DNA of 64,000 bases, from NCBI GenBank assembly GCA_037447435.1, contig JBBIGR010000026.1:1-64000 (forward strand). Direction: 5' to 3'. The notes beneath the pieces were generated by a model. That model was not told where the DNA came from, did no database searches, and saw only the letters and a list, made by a program, of their open reading frames with translations. Source of the DNA: Fibrobacteria bacterium (lineage in GTDB: Bacteria; Fibrobacterota; Chitinivibrionia; Chitinivibrionales; FEN-1185). Every line of letters starts with the position of its first letter. Within the stretch, counting starts at the first letter, position 1. A program made the position numbers and the translations under genes. Shown here one piece after another: positions 39,960 through 49,949 of this stretch.

Positions 39960-42350
39960 ATGCAAAAAAACACCACAGCCGTCATTTTCGGCATACTCGC
40001 CGTTTCGGCTTCCGCTGCATTTGGACAAATCGGTCAGATCACCAACTCCGGTCATGTGATTAATGCCCAAGGGCAAGCCCTTAAAAACGCGATGATAACC
40101 TATACCAATCCGGATAAACGACTAAATTATGCTTTTTCCGATGCAAATGGAAATTTCGGCGTCGCTACCGCCCTTCAAAAAAGTGAAATGACCGCAGGTG
40201 GCCCAAACGGCGTATTTCGCGATGTCACTGTTTCGGGTGCCAAACTTGGGTTTTCGCTTTCCGAACGCAAATTGGTGACAATCGATTTGTTCGACATGGT
40301 CGGAAAGCATGTTGCTTCGGCTTTGAATCGAAACCTTGAAAAAGGGAATTACGTTGTCGACGTCAAAGTGCCGGGAAACCGCGCATTCGGCGGCAACGTT
40401 TACTTTGTTAAAATCAAATCGGACAATGAAACCGTTGTCCGCAAGGTTGTCGGGCTTTCCGCTGCCGGCGGCAAATCGGTATCCGCAGGAAATCCGGGAA
40501 CAGTATCGCCGGCGATTTCCCTTGCCAAAGCCGCCGCAGTCACCGATACGCTGAGGGTGGGAAAAACCGGGTATAAGGCGGTGTACATACCCGTGAGCAC
40601 CGGAACCGAAAATGTCGGGAACGTGACCCTTGTCAAATACGACATCGAGGCGCGCATCGATTCCGTTATGAACAAATTGACTCTTGCCAACAAAGTCGTA
40701 TTGATGACCGAAGACAATCCGGACCCCGCAAATCCGTATAAATCCGGCACAGGTATTTACAACGCAGGAGTGGCCCCGGACGGGAACGGCTTTAACAATT
40801 GGAACAACGCCCGCATGGCAACGGGAATGAAAATTCCCTCGATATCGGGATACGATTGCGTGCACGGGTATATCGGCGGCGGTTCCGTCGAAGGAACCAT
40901 GTTTCCTCATAATCAAGCAATGGGATGCATTCAGGACACGCTGCTTATTCAGAAAGCCGGACGCGTGACGGCGCTCGAAAGCGCGAGCAGGGGAGTTTAT
41001 TGGGCCTTTGCGCCATGCGTCGCGGTTTGCCGAAACGAACATTGGGGAAGAATTTACGAAGGGCCGGGCGAAACTCCGGACAATTGCGCACGGGTCGGAC
41101 GCCATTTAATACTCGGAATGCAAGGAAGAGACTTGTCACTGAATACCTCGATCGTTGCGACCGCAAAGCATTTTGCCGGTGACGGCGGCACTCAGGGAGG
41201 AACGAACGCGGGGAATACGGTAGGGACCGATGCGGTTCTGAGAGCCATTCATTTGCCGCCCTATGTTGCCGCAATCGAAGCCGAGGTCGGATGCATTATG
41301 CCGTCGTTTTCGAGTTGGAACGGCATCGGCAGTCATGCCAATAAACCGCTTCTCACGGACTGGCTAAAAACGCAACAGGGTTTCGACGGCTTTACCATTG
41401 GTGATTGGCAAGCGCATACGTTTCAGGGCGGTTCCGACAGACAATCTTGTGTCAATGCCACCATCAATGCCGGACTCGATAATCCCATGGCACCGGGAAT
41501 CGGCGCGCAAACCGAAAGCGACATCACTGCAGGAAACGCCAGCGGCGCGATTTCTATCGATCGCATCAACGATGCCTGCAGAAGGATTTTACGCATAATT
41601 ATCAGGAAAGGGCTTTTGGAGAATTATCACGCCCTTGCCGGATACGATCAATATTTCCATTCCGATTTGCACAAGCAGGTCGCACGGCAATGCGTGGCAG
41701 CGTCCATGGTGGTTTTGAAAAACGATAACAATACGCTGCCGCTTAAAAAAGGGAATCAGAAAATAGCCGTCATCGGTATGTGGGGCAATGATGTCGGATT
41801 GCAATGCGGCGGTTGGACTCTTGGATGGCAAGGTGCCGAAGGTGCGCAAAAACCGGCCGGAACAACCCTGTTTCAATCGCTTCAGCAACAGGGTAACGGC
41901 AATACCGTCACCTATTCCGCCGACGGCAGCAATATTCCCGGCGACGCAAGCACTGTCGTCGTTTGCGTCGGAATCAATCCGGCTGCGGAATATACCAAGA
42001 CCGATTCGCAATTGCAGCTTACCGATTCTCAATACGGAAAAATCAGCGATCTCATGGGTAAAGCATCTGCGTCGGGCAAACCGGTTGTCCTTGTATTGTT
42101 TGTCGATGGGCCGGTTGTCGTGACGCAATATATAAATCAGGCGAAGGCGGTCGTCTGCGCGTGGCTCGGCAGTCCGGAAGGAGCGGGATACGGCGATATT
42201 CTGTACGGCGACGTGCATCCCAGCGGCAAATTGAACCATACCTGGCCGTCGACGCTGTCCCAGATTCCGATCAACGACGGCAACATGGGAGATGCGACCG
42301 GTTCAGGCGGAACCCCTCTTTTCCCATTGGGATTCGGTCTGACCTATTAA
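39960..42350 (+). CDS. GH3 beta-glucosidase with an N-terminal carboxypeptidase-like domain interrupted by a T9SS-CTD-like insert
   Basis: GYDCVHG, FPHN, WGRIYEG, KHFAGDGG, IGDW nucleophile, C-terminal LFPLGFGLTY. Confidence 0.9.
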   Translation: MQKNTTAVIFGILAVSASAAFGQIGQITNSGHVINAQGQALKNAMITYTNPDKRLNYAFSDANGNFGVATALQKSEMTAGGPNGVFRDVTVSGAKLGFSLSERKLVTIDLFDMVGKHVASALNRNLEKGNYVVDVKVPGNRAFGGNVYFVKIKSDNETVVRKVVGLSAAGGKSVSAGNPGTVSPAISLAKAAAVTDTLRVGKTGYKAVYIPVSTGTENVGNVTLVKYDIEARIDSVMNKLTLANKVVLMTEDNPDPANPYKSGTGIYNAGVAPDGNGFNNWNNARMATGMKIPSISGYDCVHGYIGGGSVEGTMFPHNQAMGCIQDTLLIQKAGRVTALESASRGVYWAFAPCVAVCRNEHWGRIYEGPGETPDNCARVGRHLILGMQGRDLSLNTSIVATAKHFAGDGGTQGGTNAGNTVGTDAVLRAIHLPPYVAAIEAEVGCIMPSFSSWNGIGSHANKPLLTDWLKTQQGFDGFTIGDWQAHTFQGGSDRQSCVNATINAGLDNPMAPGIGAQTESDITAGNASGAISIDRINDACRRILRIIIRKGLLENYHALAGYDQYFHSDLHKQVARQCVAASMVVLKNDNNTLPLKKGNQKIAVIGMWGNDVGLQCGGWTLGWQGAEGAQKPAGTTLFQSLQQQGNGNTVTYSADGSNIPGDASTVVVCVGINPAAEYTKTDSQLQLTDSQYGKISDLMGKASASGKPVVLVLFVDGPVVVTQYINQAKAVVCAWLGSPEGAGYGDILYGDVHPSGKLNHTWPSTLSQIPINDGNMGDATGSGGTPLFPLGFGLTY

Positions 42351-42356
42351 TGCATT

Positions 42357-42374
42357 GTGGAACAAACGTTCCAC
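42357..42374. promoter_or_regulatory. Motif-C copy 3
   Basis: GTGGAAC-AAAC-GTTCCAC; ATGAGA (42403)-N17-TATATT (42426) with an extended TG. Confidence 0.72.
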
Positions 42375-42495
42375 GGAAAGCGAATCGGTACGGCCATTGG
42401 TTATGAGAAAACAGGCAATCGATGTTATATTATTTGGTATCGTCAAGTTGTGTGAGGCGGTATCGGTTGAATTCAAGGATTAAAGGAGTCTTACG

Positions 42496-44868
42496 ATGAA
42501 AAAATCTTTAAAGTTGATTTTAGCGGTCGTCGCGGTATCGTCGGTTGCTTTTGGGCAAAGCGGCGATTTTACGGTGTCGGGAATTGTCAAAACCGGCGGC
42601 CAGCCTCTTGAAGGTGCTACCGCATCGTACACGAGTCTTGGAAAGCGGTTGTCTTGGGACATTTCCGGCTCTACCGGAGCTTTTGGACCGACAACCGGCA
42701 TCATCGGCGCCCCCAAATCGCCCGGATCCATCGGGATGATCGCTCATGGTCCCCTTGCAATCGAAGTATTCGACGTTTTGGGAAATAAAGTGACTTCATT
42801 TTCGACGGTTCTTGATAAAGGAAAATACTCCGTCGAAGCGGTTTCTTCCAAATTGCCCAAATCCGTATACCTGATGAAAATTACCGGCAATGGAACGGTG
42901 TCGTACCAAACCTACATCAACACCGGAAAAGCCGGGGTCGGTTCGTTGGCGACTAATGGGGCGAGCGCAAACGGTGTATTGCTGGCGAAAAAACTTGCGG
43001 TGGTCGATACTGTTCGCATCGGTAAAACAGGGTATACTCCGGTCAAGGTCGCGATCCAATCCTATACCGATGATATCGGGACCGTTACCCTGACGAAAAT
43101 TGATATCGAATCCGAAGTGTCCGCATTGCTTGCCAAAATGTCCAATGCCGAGATCGCAGGCCAACTGATACAGATCGATTGTCCGTCGAGCGGCGACATC
43201 ACCGGGAAATTTCTCGGAACCGTGTTCGGCGGCGGCACCGACGGTCCGAGCAGCGGATCGCCTACCGGATCGGGAACAGCCGCACAATGGGCGGCGTTCA
43301 ACGACAATTTCAGAAACATCGGTTCCGGCCTAAAGAGCCCCATACTAACGGAATGGGACGTTATTCACGGCTATGGAAAATGCAAAGGTGCCACGGTTTA
43401 TCCTCATAACATCGGGCTCGGATGTACGTGGGACACTACCGTTGTCCAGAAATGCTATCGAGTTGCCGGTATCGAAAGCAGGGGTTGCGGTATCCTTCTG
43501 GGGTATGGCCCGTGCATCGCGGTTCCGCAGGATTACAGATGGGGAAGAGTTTACGAAGGATTTTCAGGTTCCCCGGTCCTGACCCAGGCAATGGCAAGGG
43601 CAGCAGTGCTCGGTTCGCAAACAACCGACCTTTCCAATCCTCTCGCCTATGCCGCATGCGTAAAGCATTTTGCCGGTGACGGCGGGTCGACGCAAGGCCT
43701 GAACCCCGGAGCCACTACCGGCGACGAGGCGACGCTGGAGTCCATTCATTTGCCCGGATACGCTGCCGCAATTAAAGCCGGCGCCGCATCCGTTATGTCT
43801 TCCTATTCAACCTGGAACGGAACCAATTGCACTCAAAATAAAGCATTACTCACCGACTGGTTGAAAACAAGTCAAGGGTTCGACGGATATGTAAATTCAG
43901 ACTGGAGCGCCACCTATCAATTCGGCAACGACACGAAACTTGCTTTTCAAGCAGGACTCGATGTGCCGATGCTCGGCGCGAATTCGGATGCCGGTCAGAA
44001 CGGCAAACCTTCGGTCGGATCCGTTGCCACCGATATGTTGAACAGCGGCGGAACCGATGCCGCCCGTATCAAAGATGCTGCGGCACGCGTAATACGATTA
44101 AAATATAAAATGGACCTTTTTCATCAGCCGCTTTCCACCAATTCGGCCGTGACCGCTCTTGTTGGAAGTCAAGCTCATCGCGATATTGCCCGCGAAGCGG
44201 TGCGCAAATCCCTTGTTCTGCTCAAAACGACCACGGGATTATTACCGCTTTCAAAAACCGCAAAAATCACTCTTGTCGGCCCGCACGCGCAGGACATCGG
44301 AATGCAATGCGGCGGTTGGACTCTCGGATGGCAAGGGTTAACGGGAAATTCAATGCCCGGAACTACTATCAGGCAAGGATTTGAGAGCATCGGCGGCACC
44401 GGCAACATTTCCTACAGCGCCGACGGTAACGGCATTACCGGAGACGTAGCGGTTGTTTGCATCGGAGAACAGCCCTATGCCGAAACCGCCGGAGACATTG
44501 TCGATGGAACCGTGCCGCACACCATGTCGATTCCCGAAGCCAACCTGGTGACTCAGGCAAAAGCGTCCGGCAAACCGGTCGTTTGCGTGATGATTACCGG
44601 ACGTCCGATGGATATCTCGGCAATTATGACTGCAGATGCCATCGTGGCTGCCTGGTTGCCCGGCACCGAAGGAGGCGGCATTGCGGAAGTATTGTATGGA
44701 AACTACAAGTTTACCGGTAAGCTTGGAATGGCTTGGCCGGCAAACGCAAATTCGGAACCAACTAAAAACGGCGTAGGAACAACACCCCGATACGCCTATG
44801 GTTTTGGTCTTAAAGCCGACGGCACGCAGCTTCCTGCCGGTTTGTACGGCTCCGGGGTAAATCCATAA
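42496..44868 (+). CDS. GH3 beta-glucosidase, tandem paralog
   Basis: WDVIHG, YPHNIGLG, WGRVYEG, KHFAGDGG, NSDW, AWLPGTEGGG, YAYGFGL. Confidence 0.9.
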   Translation: MKKSLKLILAVVAVSSVAFGQSGDFTVSGIVKTGGQPLEGATASYTSLGKRLSWDISGSTGAFGPTTGIIGAPKSPGSIGMIAHGPLAIEVFDVLGNKVTSFSTVLDKGKYSVEAVSSKLPKSVYLMKITGNGTVSYQTYINTGKAGVGSLATNGASANGVLLAKKLAVVDTVRIGKTGYTPVKVAIQSYTDDIGTVTLTKIDIESEVSALLAKMSNAEIAGQLIQIDCPSSGDITGKFLGTVFGGGTDGPSSGSPTGSGTAAQWAAFNDNFRNIGSGLKSPILTEWDVIHGYGKCKGATVYPHNIGLGCTWDTTVVQKCYRVAGIESRGCGILLGYGPCIAVPQDYRWGRVYEGFSGSPVLTQAMARAAVLGSQTTDLSNPLAYAACVKHFAGDGGSTQGLNPGATTGDEATLESIHLPGYAAAIKAGAASVMSSYSTWNGTNCTQNKALLTDWLKTSQGFDGYVNSDWSATYQFGNDTKLAFQAGLDVPMLGANSDAGQNGKPSVGSVATDMLNSGGTDAARIKDAAARVIRLKYKMDLFHQPLSTNSAVTALVGSQAHRDIAREAVRKSLVLLKTTTGLLPLSKTAKITLVGPHAQDIGMQCGGWTLGWQGLTGNSMPGTTIRQGFESIGGTGNISYSADGNGITGDVAVVCIGEQPYAETAGDIVDGTVPHTMSIPEANLVTQAKASGKPVVCVMITGRPMDISAIMTADAIVAAWLPGTEGGGIAEVLYGNYKFTGKLGMAWPANANSEPTKNGVGTTPRYAYGFGLKADGTQLPAGLYGSGVNP

Positions 44869-44894
44869 TATAAGACGACTACAATTTTGGTTTA

Positions 44895-44917
44895 AGGGGC
44901 GTTGCGCAAACGCCCCT
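44895..44917 (+). terminator. GC-rich hairpin after the second GH3 gene
   Basis: AGGGGCGTT-gcgca-AACGCCCCT. Confidence 0.5.
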
Positions 44918-45246
44918 GTCTTCCGTACGCCCTGTATGGCAAGTCCTGTTTTTTGCGACCAGCGGCAATTTCCTGCCGCTTATGGTAAATATTAAAGCAT
45001 TGCCTCTGGGAGCTTTTGTTGTTATAATTGAAGATGAGATTACAAAAAACAAGGCTCAACGTATTTGGGTTAATCATTAATAATAAGTAATTAAATATCT
45101 ATACAAATCATTGTGTTGTAAGTAATAGCTTATATGTATGGCGTAATTAGGAAAAAATAGGATATTCTTTTTGAAAATTTTGGATTATATTGGTGCTTAT
45201 TGTTGAATTTGAAGCAAAAAAAATCTGAGTTTTATTAAAAAAGGGG

Positions 45247-45831
45247 ATGAAATCCATGGGAGGGAAAAAAGTCTGCTCTGGTTTTGCTTTCGTGTGCTTG
45301 TTCTTGAGCGTGTTTTTTTATGCCTGCGGACCATCCACCACAGCCGGAAATACCCCAACGGTTACGCTTTCTGATTTGGCGATTACCACGCAAATCGCGG
45401 GGTGGGCACCGTTGGATACTACTGCATATTTTGTGGACAGCACGATGATCAATTTTGTCAATGGCGGAAACGTTTCGTATTGCGGCGCGTGCAATGGAAA
45501 CAGCGTTCTGAAGGCGGGTATTTGCACGAAACTGGCGACAGGGCAAAACAATAAGGCGAAAATATTCGTCATGGACTATGGGACTTCGGCAAACGCGATT
45601 ACCGAATTTAATGCAAGGGTAAATTCGCAGTTAAAAAGTTCAGTCGTTCCAATCGGTTCTTTTTCGCAAACCGTTGCCGTCGGTTCCACCGTCGGCGGCG
45701 GGCTGTATACTTTTTGCTGTATGAAGAATTTCTACATAGAATCGCAATTGAGCAATTACGATTCGACCGCCGTTGCCCAGCGCGATGCAAATGTTTTTCT
45801 CACGTATTATCAATCGAAAATTAAGCCGTAA
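45247..45831 (+). CDS. Lipoprotein, DUF6599-like
   Basis: Lipobox FFYAC; GW...MINFVNGG..SY and IFVMDYGT..NA motifs; directly upstream of a DUF362 gene. Confidence 0.5.
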   Translation: MKSMGGKKVCSGFAFVCLFLSVFFYACGPSTTAGNTPTVTLSDLAITTQIAGWAPLDTTAYFVDSTMINFVNGGNVSYCGACNGNSVLKAGICTKLATGQNNKAKIFVMDYGTSANAITEFNARVNSQLKSSVVPIGSFSQTVAVGSTVGGGLYTFCCMKNFYIESQLSNYDSTAVAQRDANVFLTYYQSKIKP

Positions 45832-45872
45832 CAGGTACTATATCGCATTGCTATTAAAGGGGGGAATTTGCC

Positions 45873-47348
45873 ATGGCGGAAAAAATGTCCGGAAGCAGGA
45901 GAAATTTTTTAAAAGCATCGGCTTTAGGTGCGGCATCGCTGGCGGTATTGGGACCGCAGGCAAAAAAGGCCGCAGCCGCGACCATTAGTGCCAAAACCAT
46001 CCCGCTTAATACTACGCCGATCAACCAGGATATCGAAAATCTTCGCGTCGCCTATATCACCGATCAGGCGATGCTGCGCAGCAGCAATTATCCCGGTTTC
46101 GATTCGTTCAACAATGCAACCAATACGACCACCGGCGTCGTTTATTCTGTTGTAAAGGACAATATCGATAAACTCGCTTGCGCGCTTGCCAATAAGACGA
46201 GCATCGCGGACGCTTGGGCGACCATTTTCAAAATTCCCTCGACAAAAACCTGGGCAACCGCAAAAGCCGCAATCAAGGTGAATGCTTTTGCAAACGATCA
46301 TCCCTGCGTGCCGATTGTCGCCAAAATATGCGAAGTGCTTATCGGTAAAGGAATCGTTTCGTCGAATATTACGATATTCGACATGAATCCGAACCCGTCG
46401 GAAATCTACAGTAGCTATACCGGTGCGGGCAAACAAATCCCGGCCGGTGTCGTGTACAGCGGAGCCGGCGGCACGACGCTGCAGTTTCCCGCGGCATCCG
46501 GGGGCTACTCGTTTCCCGCATCCTCATGCCTAGACGGCGCCGACATATTTGTAAACATAGCGGTCAATAAGGGACACGACCGTATTCATTCGTATAGCGG
46601 CGTCACCATGTGCCAAAAAAACATGAAGGGCGCCGTGGATTTCGGGCATCAGGGAGAGGAACCGGCCGGAGACCCAGTGGGCGGACCGGCAAAATTGGTT
46701 GCGGTGAATTCCTGCGACTATGTCGTCGGTAATATTCCGGCCGCCTATCCCGCTAAAATGCAATTATGCATTGTCGATTCGTTATGGGGCGGCAGGGAAG
46801 GCGACTGGTCGGGCGCCATCGATAACGGCAACGATTTATACTCGATAGCCATGGGTACGTTTCCCGGAGCGGTCGATTATGTTTCGACAATGAAAATACG
46901 GGCGAAAAAATTCGGCAATTGGTATCAACCCATAGTAGACAAATTTATTACCGGTTACGGATATTCGGCAGCCGATATCACCACGCTTATGGCCGCCGCA
47001 AGCGGCGCCGGAAAAGGCCTTGTCGACGCATCAAAAACCGCAGTGGGACCGGCGCAAATCGAAAATTCAAATTTAATGAAGCACGGTATGATCAGAGTGG
47101 CCCTGTGCACCGGCGGCATCGGGTCCGTTGCGGACCTCTATATTGCAAAAGGAGAAACCCCCGTCGCGGCCGAAATCCATGATGTTTCCGGCAGGCTGGT
47201 GAGGACTCTTGCAACGCAAGTCGGTGCGATGCAGATCGTATGGGATGGAAAAAACGATGCGGGCTCGAGGGTTCGCAGCGGTAGTTACATCGTGACTGTT
47301 TTTGGCCAAAAGACCAGGGCCTCCGCGGAGATCCTTGTCGGAAGGTAA
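45873..47348 (+). CDS. Tat-exported DUF362-like protein with C-terminal FlgD-Ig/T9SS-like domain
   Basis: SRRNFLK twin-arginine signal; AIKVN, ADIFVNIAVNKGH...GVTMCQKNMKG, LCIVDSL; IHDVSGRLVRTL...WDGKNDAG...GSY. Confidence 0.72.
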   Translation: MAEKMSGSRRNFLKASALGAASLAVLGPQAKKAAAATISAKTIPLNTTPINQDIENLRVAYITDQAMLRSSNYPGFDSFNNATNTTTGVVYSVVKDNIDKLACALANKTSIADAWATIFKIPSTKTWATAKAAIKVNAFANDHPCVPIVAKICEVLIGKGIVSSNITIFDMNPNPSEIYSSYTGAGKQIPAGVVYSGAGGTTLQFPAASGGYSFPASSCLDGADIFVNIAVNKGHDRIHSYSGVTMCQKNMKGAVDFGHQGEEPAGDPVGGPAKLVAVNSCDYVVGNIPAAYPAKMQLCIVDSLWGGREGDWSGAIDNGNDLYSIAMGTFPGAVDYVSTMKIRAKKFGNWYQPIVDKFITGYGYSAADITTLMAAASGAGKGLVDASKTAVGPAQIENSNLMKHGMIRVALCTGGIGSVADLYIAKGETPVAAEIHDVSGRLVRTLATQVGAMQIVWDGKNDAGSRVRSGSYIVTVFGQKTRASAEILVGR

Positions 47349-47375
47349 TAAAACGAACGGGACGGGTGGCCGATA

Positions 47376-48419
47376 ATGCCGATCAGGATCAATGTAGTTA
47401 TGGGCGGGCCGTCGGCCGAGCACGACATTTCATTGCTTTCGGCAATGGACGTGCTGACGCATCTCGACCGTAAACGATATGGTGTTCGCGCCGTTGTCGT
47501 TACCATGGACCTGGAATTTTATTATTGCGACATCGATGATGTAGTCCCGCAAACGGAAGAATTTTTATCACCCGACAAATACAAATCATTTTCCGGACCG
47601 TTTAAGCCCTATTCGTCTGCACCGGTTTGGGAAAATTGCGATGTCGCTTTCCTTGCCATACATGGGGCATTTGGCGAAGACGGTCTGTTACAGGGATTCT
47701 TGGATTCAAATCTGATACCGTATACCGGTTCCGGCGTTTACTCAAGCGCTACCGGAATGAACAAAATCGCTTCGAAAATCCTATTTGAACAAAACGGGAT
47801 CAAAACCCCTCCGTATTATATTACAGGAAATACTCACCCTGAAATCACCTGGCAATTTCTTGCCGAAAGATTCGATTATCCCATGTTTGTCAAGTGCCCC
47901 CATTCCGGATCCTCCCGGCTTATGACCCGTGTGGATTGCGGGGCGGGATTGGGAACAAAAATCACGGAATACGTGCAGTATTCGCCGGACGTACTGGTGG
48001 AAAAAGGAATCAAAGGCAGTGAATTCGCGGTTTCGGTTTTGGAAATGCCGGATGGTACCGTCGCTGTTCTTCCTCCTGTAAAGATCAATCTTGTAAAGAC
48101 CAATTATTTCAGCCATTCGGCGAAGTTCGGAAGCAATGGCGCTGAAAAAATCGTGCCGTGTTCCATTGACGCGGTATTGTCTGAAAAAATCAACGCTTTG
48201 GCTCTCAAATGTCACCGGATTCTCGGATGCCGGGGAGCTTCTACATCGGACATCATCGTCGATACGGACAATGTCCCCTATGTCCTAGAAATCAATACGT
48301 TGCCCAAAATGACCGTGGATTCCTTGCTCCCCTTATCCTTTAAAGCAACGGGCGGAACTTATGAAGAACTGCTGGATATACTGATTTCGGTTGCATGCAA
48401 AAACCCTGTTTCACCATAG
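47376..48419 (+). CDS. ddl: D-alanine--D-alanine ligase-like ATP-grasp enzyme with divergent active site
   Basis: MGGPSAEHDISLLSA, IHGAFGEDG, PYTGSG, MNK, FVK..SGSS, EINTLP. Confidence 0.8.
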   Translation: MPIRINVVMGGPSAEHDISLLSAMDVLTHLDRKRYGVRAVVVTMDLEFYYCDIDDVVPQTEEFLSPDKYKSFSGPFKPYSSAPVWENCDVAFLAIHGAFGEDGLLQGFLDSNLIPYTGSGVYSSATGMNKIASKILFEQNGIKTPPYYITGNTHPEITWQFLAERFDYPMFVKCPHSGSSRLMTRVDCGAGLGTKITEYVQYSPDVLVEKGIKGSEFAVSVLEMPDGTVAVLPPVKINLVKTNYFSHSAKFGSNGAEKIVPCSIDAVLSEKINALALKCHRILGCRGASTSDIIVDTDNVPYVLEINTLPKMTVDSLLPLSFKATGGTYEELLDILISVACKNPVSP

Positions 48420-48439
48420 GGAATGGACGGAATTAGACT

Positions 48440-48457
48440 GTGGAACATGGGTTCCAC
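48440..48457. promoter_or_regulatory. Motif-C copy 4
   Basis: GTGGAAC-ATGG-GTTCCAC; CTGAAA (48485)-N17-TATGTT (48508). Confidence 0.72.
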
Positions 48458-48584
48458 GGAATCCTGAGACCGAAGCGTTTAATCCTGAAAAATTAGCTTT
48501 TCTGCCGTATGTTTATTGTTGTGGGGAATATACTGATATAGTATATGAAATAATTGCTTAAGCGCTTTAAATAAGGGGGTTGTA

Positions 48585-49790
48585 ATGCATACAATGAACT
48601 CAAATCGTCATTTTGCATGGAACGGCATTCCCAAATTTTGGGTATTCGTATTTGTTAGTGCCTGCTTTTTGTTTCAAAGTTTTGCGCAACAAACCGTTGT
48701 CCAACAGCATGGGCAGCTTAAAGTAGTCGGTAATCATATTGTGGACAAAAACGGTATTCCGATAGCTTTGCACGGTATGTCGATGTATAGCTGGAACAAT
48801 CAGGGTTTAATGTTTTACAATGCATCCGCAGTTAGCCATCTTGTCAACGATTGGAAATGCACGGTTCTGCGTATCCCAATTCTTCCGGGCAGCGTTTCGT
48901 CCCAGACAACACCCCTGAGGACCGTGGTTGACGCATGCATTGCCAACGGCATTTACGCGATCATCGATTGGCATTCCATGGGCGGTGCCGATGCAAACGC
49001 ATGCTCCAACTTCATGAAGAGCATGGCCACGTCCTACGGCAATACCCCCAACGTGATGTACGAGACATGGAACGAACCGGTGAGTGAAACCTGGGCAACC
49101 ATCAAGGCATATCACGAGACGGTCATCGCCGCTATCCGCACTATCGACCCGGACAACATCATCATCTGCGGAGACCCGCAATGGGACCAACACCCGGAGC
49201 AGGCGGCGGCCAGCCCCATTACCAGTTCGACGAATATCGCGTATTCATTCCACTTTTACGCAGCCACTCACAAATTTGCATCCATGGGTCCTAACGTGGC
49301 CACGGCATTGAAGAACGGCATTGCGCTGTTCGTCACCGAATACGGTTCTTGCGAAGCAAGCGGCAGCGGCGCGTTCGACTCGTCGGAAACGCGCAAGTGG
49401 TGGCATTTCCTTGATTCCAATTCCATCGGATGCACCAACTGGGCCGTGGAAACCAACGGTGAGACAGCGTCCGCATTCAATTCCACCGCCGGTTCGACGG
49501 GGCCCTGGGGAAATTCGAGCATGACGACACCCGGCATATTCGTGATGAATTACATCAAAAACAGTTATCAGCTGCAAAGCACGGTCTCGAACGCATATTC
49601 ATTTTCCAGGCAACAAACCAGGCCCGCGGCGGCAAAGGCCTTATCCCCGGCCGGCGATCGCACATCCACCGTTTTCGCGCTTAACGGCGCGATTGTAAAT
49701 ATGCCGGCCGCAGGCAAAAGATCGTGCGGCAATTATGTCGTTAGAAGCCAAGGAAACGATAAAAATCAATCGGTCGATTTTATCCGATAA
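48585..49790 (+). CDS. GH5 endoglucanase (subfamily 2-like cellulase)
   Basis: HGQLKVVG, LHGMS, IYAIIDWH, YETWNEP, HFYAATH, FVTEYG. Confidence 0.9.
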   Translation: MHTMNSNRHFAWNGIPKFWVFVFVSACFLFQSFAQQTVVQQHGQLKVVGNHIVDKNGIPIALHGMSMYSWNNQGLMFYNASAVSHLVNDWKCTVLRIPILPGSVSSQTTPLRTVVDACIANGIYAIIDWHSMGGADANACSNFMKSMATSYGNTPNVMYETWNEPVSETWATIKAYHETVIAAIRTIDPDNIIICGDPQWDQHPEQAAASPITSSTNIAYSFHFYAATHKFASMGPNVATALKNGIALFVTEYGSCEASGSGAFDSSETRKWWHFLDSNSIGCTNWAVETNGETASAFNSTAGSTGPWGNSSMTTPGIFVMNYIKNSYQLQSTVSNAYSFSRQQTRPAAAKALSPAGDRTSTVFALNGAIVNMPAAGKRSCGNYVVRSQGNDKNQSVDFIR

Positions 49791-49949
49791 CATAGTGTCA
49801 GCACCGGCGTAAAATTCGTGGTGCTGAAAACGGCAACGCAACAAATGAGAATCGGGCCGATCGTGCGGAATGCGGAAACGGCGAAATAACGGCGCGCGCG
49901 CAAGAGTGGGTTATTAAACGTTATAATAAAATATTTGGGAGATGCGTTT

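Noticed and set aside
31139..48457. Motif-C palindromes as CRISPR repeats or IS ends
   Set aside because: They are dispersed single 18-bp copies kilobases apart, with no spacer array, cas gene, transposase or target-site duplication.
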